Below, in pieces: positions 13,109-22,025 of a stretch of 64,000 nucleotides of DNA. Made by a program: the position numbers and the translations under genes. Below the pieces are notes generated by a model. It had not been told where the DNA came from and made no database searches. It saw only the letters and a list, made by a program, of their open reading frames with translations. The DNA lies in assembly GCA_965644265.1 (NCBI GenBank), contig OZ286462.1, positions 117,552,001-117,616,000 on the forward strand, given 5' to 3'. How positions within the stretch are numbered: position 1 is the first letter of the stretch; every line of letters starts with the position of its first letter. The stretch is from Glycera tridactyla. Its lineage: Eukaryota.

Positions 13109-14241
13109 ACTGCAGAAGTGAATCCATGCAGGCAACACTTTGCTGCAATGCCTACATTACTATATTATTCAACATGCCCAGACATTCTGCTGCAGCTCTG
13201 CAACTCAGTGAATCTCGCTTTTCCTTCAAATGCCGGATAATTACATGAGAGCTGCTGGAGTGAAACCGTACGGGTGACTTTACTACTACTTTACTCATCA
13301 TATCTAAAGGGTTGCCGGAATGTAATCATGCGGATGACATTCTGCTGCAGCTCTGCCACTCGGTAAATCTACGTGATCAGGTTTGCTTTCCCTTCAATTG
13401 TCGGATAATTAAATGGGAGCTGTTGAAGTGAATCCATGCGGGTGACACTCTGCTGCAGCGCCTGCAATTACTACATTGTTCAACATGCACAGTGGGCTGC
13501 CGGAATGAAATCATGCGGATGACATTCTGCTGCAGCTCAGCTTGGTAAATCTGCATTGTCAAGTTCACTTTTTTTTCAAATGCCGGACAATTATATGGGA
13601 GCTGCCGGAGTAAATCCACTAGGGTGACACTCTGCTGCAGTGCCTGCCTTTACTGCATTATTCAATATGCATAGAGGGTTGCCGGAATGAAATCATACGG
13701 ATGACATTCTGCCGCAGCTCTGCTCAAGTTCACTCTTTCTGCCGGATAATTGCATGGGAGCTGCCGGAGTGAATCCATGCGGGTGACACTCTGCTGCAGC
13801 GCCTGCAATTACTACATTGTTCAACATACACAGTGGGTTGCCGGAATGAAATCATGCGGATGACATTCTGCTGCAGCTCTGCTCAAGCTCACTCTTTCTG
13901 CCGGATAATTGCATGGGAGCTGCCGGAGTGAATCCATGCGGGTGACACTCTGCTGCAGCGCCTGCAATTACTACATTGTTCAACATACACAGTGGGTTGC
14001 CGGAATGGAATCATGCGGATGACATTCTGCTGCAGCTCAGCTTGGTAAATCTACGTTGTCAAGTTCACTTTTTCTTCGAGTGCCGGACAATTATATGGGA
14101 GCTGCCGGAGTAAATCCACGAGGGTGACACTCTGCTGCAGTGCCTACCGTTACTACATTACTACATTGATCAGCATGCCGGAATGAAATCATACGCATAT
14201 GCTGCCGGGTTGAAGTCATTCGGATGACAGCCTGCTGCAGC
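13109..14241 (+). repeat. Inter-ORF array of ~12-13 41-nt hairpins within 159-182 bp higher-order units
   Basis: Consensus GYTGC-CGGARTG-AA-WYC-ATGCG-GRT-GA-CAYTCTG-CT-GCAGC at 13109, 13251, 13311, 13419, 13496, 13601, 13678, 13760, 13837, 13919, 13996, 14101 and 14201; unit lengths 168, 182, 159, 159 and 182 bp. Confidence 0.9.
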
Positions 14242-14662
14242 ATCAGCAACCCCGACATCTCCAATCTCCAATTGCTGACCTTGAGGAAACCAAACGGAGG
14301 GACATCGATTGAGCTGTAATATGGTGATTGGCAACCATGCCTATAAAAAGGATACTTAATGTGATTCTATGTTGTGAAGGATGAACTGATTAGCAGAGTT
14401 TATTTAACATGTTAGGAGCACACATTTGAGCCACGACTGATATTTATGGACACATGGTGGTATGTTCTATCTTTCTTTCATGACTGTGAAGCATATACAT
14501 ATTTATCGAATCTCCAGAAGGCAGGCAATATTGTTGGATGGCTCATACATAAATTCGCGAGGTACTCATTTCCTACCGCATCCATACAAATCCAAACTCA
14601 TCTTTACTCTACATTGCAGCATCATTCTCATTTGTACTTTCTTATATCACTGATTTATACAA

Positions 14663-17600
14663 TTGATTTCATCACCAAACTCCACTCTGTTTAATAGTCT
14701 ATCGGACATCCCAACCCCAATACTATTCCATCTTCCTATCGACATCATAATCAATAACAATAGAAGGCGACCAACCCATGTTTTCCCCTCAGCCAATCCC
14801 TTGTCTGATTTTGAATATACTACTGCCTCTCTCTCAAACTTACCTGGTATATCTTTTGGATCCCTGAATATCCAGAGCATAACACGAAAAATTCATGATG
14901 TAAAGATATTTTTAGAAAAAAGTAAATTAGATTTTCTTGTTCTAACAGAATCCTTTCTTAATGACAGCATTGGAGATGAAGAACTGGCTGTTCCTGGATA
15001 TGAATTCTTAAGGTTTGATAGAACTGACTTGAGTGGTAAATCGGGTGGTGGTGGTCTACTGATCTATTATGCTTCTCAGTATTGTGTATCATCTCTACCT
15101 GATATATCTCTTTGTTCTCAAGCAGTAGAGACTGGGTGGTGTAAGATCCAATTCAATAAATGTCAGCCACTAATATTGGGAGCACTCTACCGACCGCCAG
15201 ATGGCCAAGCAAATGAGTTTATTACCCAGGTTACAGGAAATCTAGAAAATCTCCGTGACAAATGGCCTGTCCATAGTGTGATATTGATGGGAGATATGAA
15301 TTTAGACTTGAGCAAACAACGTGGTCCTGGAGTGAAAGCATATCGTGAATTCCTACGTGACCAGTCATTGTACCAACTCATCAATTCCCCAACTCGAATC
15401 ACGCCGACCAGTAGTACAATAATCGACCATATATTAGTTTCAGATAAGAGTTATTTCAACCAATCTGGTGTGATTGATCCGGGCATGAGTGATCACGCTC
15501 TGATATTTATGAACAGGAAACGTCAGAAATTATCTAAAAAGAAATGCGACTATCAGTTTAGGAGTTATAGGAATTTTAATGAGGTGGATTTCAAAAGAGA
15601 TCTCAGTAATATTGATATTGGACATATTGTTGCAGAGAATGATCCCGATGTATCCGCCGAATACCTGGCAAACGAGATAAATAAATGTCTGAATGTACAT
15701 GCTCCTGTAAAGAGACGTAAATTTCGTGAATTTTCTCAGCCCTGGGTAAATCATGAATACTTGAGCATGATTGATCTATGTGAATATCGTTCTCATCTAT
15801 TTTATAAGTCACCAACTGAAATGAATTTGGCATTGAAAAAAGAAGCCCTGAGGCGTAAATATTTTTTGAAAAAAGAACTAATTAGTACGTATGTTGAGGA
15901 CAATATTGAGCGGCATGAGCACAATCCTAAGAAAATGTGGAAGTCAATCAAAGAAATATGGCCACTGACAAAGAAAGGCACAGCCAAGCCAAAACTTGAA
16001 TCTGAAGCCAATTTTGCTCGAGCTTGTGAGATAAATGATTTTTTCTGTGACATTGGTTCAAAACTTGCAAATAAGATCCCTGATGTTGCCCACCCTCCGA
16101 GACCCACCTTACACTATCCGCCAGTATTTGAGCTACATCCCATCACGAAAGATGATGTATCAAAAGTTATTCACGAGCTGAATAGAACAACATCTGCTGG
16201 GAGGGATGGTATAACGAGCAACTTATGTCGCATGTTTCCAGGAAATATTCTTCATGCCATGACAGTCATATGTAATCAATCTTTTGCATCAAGTGTATTT
16301 CCCTCTGTCTGGAAGGATAGTATAGTAACTATCCTACACAAAGGAGGTAGTGACTTTAGTCTATCAAGTTTTCGTCCCATCTCTATCATACCAACTCTTG
16401 GCAAAATTATGGAGAAAATTGTTCATCGACAAGTGTATTCATATCTAACGAAGTATGAAATCTTGTCGGATGCCCAATTTGGATTCAGGGAGGGGTATTC
16501 GACTGGGGCATGCCTGACCAGCTTTTTGGAGTCAATCTTCATGGGCGCTGATCGGTCATGTCCCACGGGAGTCCTCTTCCTGGATCTGAAGAAGGCGTTC
16601 GATACAGTTGATCATACTCGTCTTCTTTCAAGGCTTCGCGAGGTGGGCTTTAGATATGGCACAGTTGAATGGTTTCGGTCGTACTTATCAAATCGCCAAC
16701 AGTCAGTGAAATTCGATAGTGCTATATCCTCAAATCGTACGATTACCTGTGGAGTGCCCCAAGGTTCCATCTTGGGGCCTCTTCTGTTTGTGATATATGT
16801 GAATGAGCTGCCAAATATTTTGCATGACTGTACCCCTCACTTATATGTCGATGATACTGCGGTGTGTGCCAGGGCATCAAGTGAAGCTGAATTGGTTGTA
16901 AAACTGGAGAGGGCTATTGCTTTATTGAGTGAGTGGTTCATGTACATGAAACTCTCACTGAATCTCGACAAATCCTCAATCATGATATTTGGTACCCGTC
17001 CTCAGACACAACGAATATCATTCACATCTCTCCTATATGGGGAACATATTATTCAGCGTGTATCCACCTATAAGTATCTAGGTATTATGTTAGATAGCAA
17101 TCTATCATTTGATGCACATGTCAGCTACTTATTAAGAAAGGTCAATATTCGTAAGTCAGCGCTGGCACACATCCGCCCGTACATCAGTGATCGTAGGGCT
17201 TTGTTTCTGTATCACTCTCTGATTCAGTCTCTCCTTAGCTACAATGGTCACATTTATGGAAGTCTGAACCAGGAACAGGCGAATAGGCTACAAGTAGCAC
17301 AGAATCGTTGTTTGAGAGTGGTGCGGAGTAATCCCAATTGCTACTCAGCCACCGAATGCCATAGAGCCTTGAAGGTACCTTTTCTTGGACAGCTGCGGAA
17401 TAGGCAGCTTATTCTTGAATGTTATAAGATGATTAATATGCCGTTGAATAATAGTCATGATTTTAGTCTAAGAACACGAGCAAGTGTGACTGGAAGGCTG
17501 ACTCGTCAGTCTGCCAGACATGATCTCCAACTGCCCCGCCTCAGAACGCAATTTGCAGCGAGAAGTGTGATTTTTAGAGGGATAAAACTTTGGAATTCTG

Positions 17601-17680
17601 TGCCAGTAGAACTTAGAGAAAGTGCTTCTTTGGCAATCCTAAAGAAAAAATGTAAGTTGTATTATGAGCACCTCAAATAA
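14663..17680 (+). CDS. LINE ORF2p, APE endonuclease plus reverse transcriptase (uninterrupted, 1005 aa from a TTG)
   Basis: APE: SLNIQS, LTES, RFDR, GGGGLLIY, LYRPP, GDMN, PTR, IDHIL, SDH. RT: QFGFR, LDLKKAFDTVDH, GVPQGSILGP, YVDDT, KYLGI. C-terminus IKLWNSVP..LR. Confidence 0.96.
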   Translation: MISSPNSTLFNSLSDIPTPILFHLPIDIIINNNRRRPTHVFPSANPLSDFEYTTASLSNLPGISFGSLNIQSITRKIHDVKIFLEKSKLDFLVLTESFLNDSIGDEELAVPGYEFLRFDRTDLSGKSGGGGLLIYYASQYCVSSLPDISLCSQAVETGWCKIQFNKCQPLILGALYRPPDGQANEFITQVTGNLENLRDKWPVHSVILMGDMNLDLSKQRGPGVKAYREFLRDQSLYQLINSPTRITPTSSTIIDHILVSDKSYFNQSGVIDPGMSDHALIFMNRKRQKLSKKKCDYQFRSYRNFNEVDFKRDLSNIDIGHIVAENDPDVSAEYLANEINKCLNVHAPVKRRKFREFSQPWVNHEYLSMIDLCEYRSHLFYKSPTEMNLALKKEALRRKYFLKKELISTYVEDNIERHEHNPKKMWKSIKEIWPLTKKGTAKPKLESEANFARACEINDFFCDIGSKLANKIPDVAHPPRPTLHYPPVFELHPITKDDVSKVIHELNRTTSAGRDGITSNLCRMFPGNILHAMTVICNQSFASSVFPSVWKDSIVTILHKGGSDFSLSSFRPISIIPTLGKIMEKIVHRQVYSYLTKYEILSDAQFGFREGYSTGACLTSFLESIFMGADRSCPTGVLFLDLKKAFDTVDHTRLLSRLREVGFRYGTVEWFRSYLSNRQQSVKFDSAISSNRTITCGVPQGSILGPLLFVIYVNELPNILHDCTPHLYVDDTAVCARASSEAELVVKLERAIALLSEWFMYMKLSLNLDKSSIMIFGTRPQTQRISFTSLLYGEHIIQRVSTYKYLGIMLDSNLSFDAHVSYLLRKVNIRKSALAHIRPYISDRRALFLYHSLIQSLLSYNGHIYGSLNQEQANRLQVAQNRCLRVVRSNPNCYSATECHRALKVPFLGQLRNRQLILECYKMINMPLNNSHDFSLRTRASVTGRLTRQSARHDLQLPRLRTQFAARSVIFRGIKLWNSVPVELRESASLAILKKKCKLYYEHLK

Positions 17681-18243
17681 GAATATATGGGGTAATAGTA
17701 TCCAGGATTGATCGGTGAATTGGCTATAGTGTTGCATTTATATATATGAGGTTTTTGAATAGGTGGGATTACATGGGTTGGAACGAGTTTGCATCTGATA
17801 TTTTTATATATATGTACTTTCTACTACATACTGTTTTATATGTGGGTGATATGATAGACTCTGGCTGCATATTAGTAGTAGTCGACAGATATATAATTTT
17901 TTTTAATTTTTCTCCTACATATTACCATACCCCATATTTCTGTAGATGCTCTGCCAATATTCCAATTCTCCTCGACATTTAATAGATATATTATCCAATA
18001 TCAATTTTCCAATTTATCCAATTTCAATTATGAGTTTCCCCATCTGACTCAAATAGATCTATCAGCCATCGATCAACTATCTGAAATTTATAAACATTGT
18101 ATATAATAACTCTGTGTTCTCCGAGCGCCACCGTATTTATATGTGATTATATCAAATTTCTCTTGTATATATTTATTTGTATTGGTTCACCTGTTGCAAT
18201 AGCTCGTTGTATCCCTGAACCTGTTTTGCTGTATGCCCACAAA

Positions 18244-18271
18244 AGCTTGTAGTGCGACTTCGGTCAAAGCT
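18244..18271 (+). other. 3'-terminal stem-loop of LINE-b with a C(UUCG)G tetraloop
   Basis: AGCTT...GAC-TTCG-GTC...AAGCT just upstream of AATAAA and the tail; such 3' stem-loops are RT-recognition elements in L2/CR1 LINEs. Confidence 0.6.
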
Positions 18272-18989
18272 ATACTGTGAATAAAGTTTTTCAAATCAAA
18301 TCAAATCATTCAATAGCTGAGGTTCAATAACAACTGTCTTTTCAGGACCCTTTTTCTCACGGTGTTTCGGAATTATATATGGAGCAAGCCAGATGTTCCA
18401 AGAATATTGCTCACATGTATTCTCATATGTTCCAAGAGGCAAAAAGTGGGGATATAGTGTGTGACGACTGGAATAGTAAAAGCCCGTTGTGCGTATGGAA
18501 GTCTATTCTTGTATGTATGACAATGAACAATTTCTATAATTTGCGTGGAGTAGGGGTTGTTCCCGGCAGAGGTGGAGCATGTTCTGTCTATGAACCCAAG
18601 CAGGTTGGAATGCCGTTGAACCTAATGAAGCGATCGGACTAAACAAACCACATGACCAATTCATATCCCGAAACATAGATCTGGTATCATCGCTCCAATT
18701 AGTCCCATTGGTGCACTACCACCATGTTGCCACCCCAATCGTACAACTAGAGAACGAAGAGGAGTGTACGTGGAGGTGAAGATGATTTGGAAGATATTCC
18801 CATTATATATCTACTCACGTGAAGACAAAATACTGACTAGGAACAAACAATTACCTCCAACTTAGATAGAGCACCCCACCGCATATTAGCAGACCGAGTT
18901 GGAGGGGGAGCGGGTGGAGGAGTGGTGGGGGTGATAATCACGATAGTCAGTATAATAACCAGCCACACATTTCGTGGACAAAAACACGG

Positions 18990-19330
18990 TTACATGATCA
19001 AAGTTGACGGATCAGAGAGCTTAGACTCGAAAATGTCAATACCTCCTGAAGTCTTGATATGCAGCTGAAGTTCATTTAAAATGTGACGGGCTCTATATCT
19101 GAAGCTTGACTTTGCTTTCTCCATCCAAAATCTAGGTACCAGAAGGGTCTTCTTTGAGCTTGAGAGTGTTGAGCAATTGTGATGATGTTCTAAAGGACTC
19201 GATTGGTTTGATGAGTACGATGGTGCATTTTTGTTTAGAATTTTGAACACTTGAATGGCAGTGTGTTTGATCGGAATGCTCGCAACCGCATCACTTTGAC
19301 CATGGAATTCATGATCACCCATGTCTTATT
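18990..19330 (-). mobile_element. Old CR1/L2 3'-end fragment embedded in the duplicated unit (copy A)
   Basis: Translation TLLVPRF..KAKSSFRYRA..ILNEL..IKTS..IDIFESKL matches the CR1/L2 ORF2 C-terminus; paralogue at 51330-51558. Confidence 0.7.
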
Positions 19331-21779
19331 ACATATACACTGATAATATATGAACAGATCAGCATCCGACGTTGGGTATGCTTGTTCGTAACGAAATGGA
19401 GAAGGAAAGTTGATATAATCTGAAGACAATCAATGAGTCCTTTGGTCAGTCAGTGAATTGTGCTCTGTGTATGAGAATTCACATATTGCCTTGAGTTGTT
19501 GTAGATTCCATTCTAGGGCTCGAAAGGCACCTGAGCCAGTGCTGATATGATACTACCGAGTTGTGACAGACCACCGCCACCAAAATCCCAGGGCAAGATA
19601 AGAGTTCCATCTCTGTGGGATCGATGGTTCAATTGAATGATTCAGAAAGATGCTAGGCATCGGAATTTATCGTCTGAGTAATTCCCTGATCGGATTGTTT
19701 AATTAGGGATTCCAGACACTGCTAATTGCCGAACAGTATCAGGCTGAAGTTGAATTGTTTTTGATTGGTGGATCAATCCTAATTGGCTAGCCTTCACGAT
19801 GCTATTTCACTGACCATAAATCTATCGTGAATACCAGTTAATGTTTCAATGTTCGATATTGCCCCACTTTGCTCCACTCAGGTAGACATCAAGTCTGCAT
19901 TAGTAGTCATGTCGAGAACATTATCCATTTCCATTTGTTTGTGTATATGCATGTATCATCAATACCGATTTCTTCTCATTGGGGGTGAAGTGTAATAAGG
20001 AGGGTTAAGATTGTTGATGTTGATTTCATCCCGGCCATACTGGGTTGACCCTTCATCCAATTATGAAACTTTCCCTGTAGAAGTGGAGCTTGAACCCATC
20101 AGGGTATATGGGATTGCCACTCTAAATGAACAATATCTGTGAGGCCATCTTGCTGCCTGTTCCCACCTGCATCGCCTTCTAATCCAAGAACCACTGTCAT
20201 GATTCATCAACTCCAAAATGCTTCATATATCGGAATAATGAGGGCCTTCATTGTGTGCCCTGGATGGTCATCGACCTCAACCAATGTAGTTGTTCAGAGA
20301 CTGTTATCCTCAACTACTCCGTTCCATCCACTGATCACATTCTTCAGCAGGCTCCGGTTATACCCACCCGCCAGGAAATATACAGTCACAGACCTAAAAT
20401 ACTGCACGATCTGAGCCACCACTGCCCATGACCAAGTACCAATTCTTAGGTAGAAGTGAAGTGGTGCAATGGCGAGGTTGAACTCAGTTACCTCCTCACA
20501 GAAGTGCCTCCTTAGAGGGAAATGCAGATTATGGTAATCCTACCGGTTCTGGTCGAGTGTATAATGGTGAAGGCTGTTCAATGTGGTCACCATCAGAGCG
20601 AACAGGAGTCCTACTCAACATGATGCTATTCCGCTGAAAATCAGTGTGACTAAATATGTCTTCATCTGAAGTGAGCTGACAATGGCAAACCAAGATACCA
20701 CAAAGCAGTAACAATTATACCTCTTCCCCTGCACAGTTATAAGCTCAATAGCAAAGAAACAACAGCTATGACTGTTAGACTGAAGAAGTCAGATCCGATA
20801 TCACATGACTACTTGGTCGAACCATCTGTCAGTCAGATAAGACACCGATCACATTATGTTTGAATCCATCTGATGCGATGATTTGATGGATTGATGACCA
20901 TTTCCTCTTCTGACATTGCTGAGTTTTCGAATTTGTCTCCTTGCATGGAATGAATCATTTGGTGTATGTGCAAGGAACCTACTTCATATCCTCAGATATC
21001 ATTATTGTACAGCCTGGATCACCATGCATACATGAAGCAATATCGTACATCAACCTTATTTGTCAGTACACATTGTTTATTGCATCATATATCAAATCAT
21101 ACCGCCATCGTTATGAGAACATCATCCGTAATATTGCATATAATTCATGAAGGTTTATGCACAGACTGGTCACGAACAATATAACTGTTTGTAGTGCATG
21201 ATTCCTCTGACACATTTCGAATAAGTGATGAAATACTATCACTGGTAGCAATGACGATGTATTCAATTTATCAACAGGGAACAAGGATGCAGTAAATATC
21301 TGAGAGGTTGATTTTCAAACCAAATACAGAATACAGAATAAATTATCGCAAAATGCATGACTGATAATGGGAAGGTATAACGGTTTCTGACATGATGGAT
21401 CAGAACAATATCATTCTGAGGTAGGTGCCTAGTATTGATAGGAAAATGAGAGGTCATGATAAGTTTCATCAGTGTGAATCCAGATCACAGCGATCCTACT
21501 AGAAGGCTGCTGTCATCCAAATCTGTCGAACAGAACAATTCTGACATTCGCAAAGGATTGCTGATTGTGATTTGTGAGGGTCGATGAAGAGAAAGTTCCC
21601 CATAATGCTCAAACTGAGCTGTTGGTGAAGATATGGACATGGGGACTCTCACCTACCCATCACACATCCCAATCTACATGTCACCAGGTATGTATCTGAA
21701 GCGGGATGTTTGGAAAATTCGGCTGGCCATGGTTGACTCCTGATTTAAGAAGGCATACTGTCCACCTGCATGCCGAGTA

Positions 21780-22025
21780 TCTGTCTGTCTGTCATTGTGT
21801 CTGTGCTCTTCTGTGTGTGTATGTGTATGTCTGTCTGTCTGCCCGTCTGTCTGTATGTCCGCCTGTCATTCCTTCTGTCCATCTGTCCGTCTGTCCATCT
21901 GTCCGTCTGTCCATCCTTCCTTCCAGCTGTCCGGCCTTCGGTTTGTCTGTCTGTCGGTTGGTCAGTTGGTCGGTAGGTCAGTCAGTTGGTCAGTCGGTCA
22001 GTCGGTCGGTTGGTCAGTCAGTCTT
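21780..22025. repeat. (CTGT)/(CCAT)/(GGTCA) compound microsatellite
   Basis: Low-complexity tetramer and pentamer runs; source of the SVC-rich spurious ORFs. Confidence 0.85.

Larger units (their letters stand above)
9575..18308 (+). mobile_element. Apparently full-length three-ORF CR1/L2-group LINE (LINE-b), 8.7 kb
   Basis: TSD AAATCA at 9569-9574 and 18303-18308; flanks rejoin into sequence continuous in copy B (reverse complement around 44895); AATAAA at 18280-18285 and (TCAAA)n tail at 18291-18308. Confidence 0.95.
7852..20690 (-). other. Inverted segment of copy A (collinear form at 49599-54219 in copy C)
   Basis: 7852-9574 and 18309-20690 are reverse complements of copy C 49599-54219 and copy B 43090-45660; both breakpoints fall on GTT/AAC microhomology. 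Confidence 0.88.

Noticed and set aside
13109-14241. CRISPR array (41-nt palindromic repeats with 36-64 nt spacers)
   Set aside because: The spacers recur as two alternating types rather than being unique, there are no cas genes, and the array lies inside a eukaryotic LINE.
12190-14241. Selenocysteine recoding (in-frame TGA plus downstream hairpins containing AUGA/GUGA...GA)
   Set aside because: SECIS geometry needs an ~11-13 bp helix above the UGA/GA quartet and apical AA; here only ~3 bp and no apical AA. A nonsense mutation is more parsimonious.
14654-14860. 2A/StopGo peptide at the ORF2 N-terminus, as in some CR1/L2 elements
   Set aside because: No DxExNPGP-like motif in the ORF2 frame.
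16840-16860. YVDD as an inactivating RT mutation
   Set aside because: YVDD is a functional variant in other reverse transcriptases; it cannot be called a lesion.
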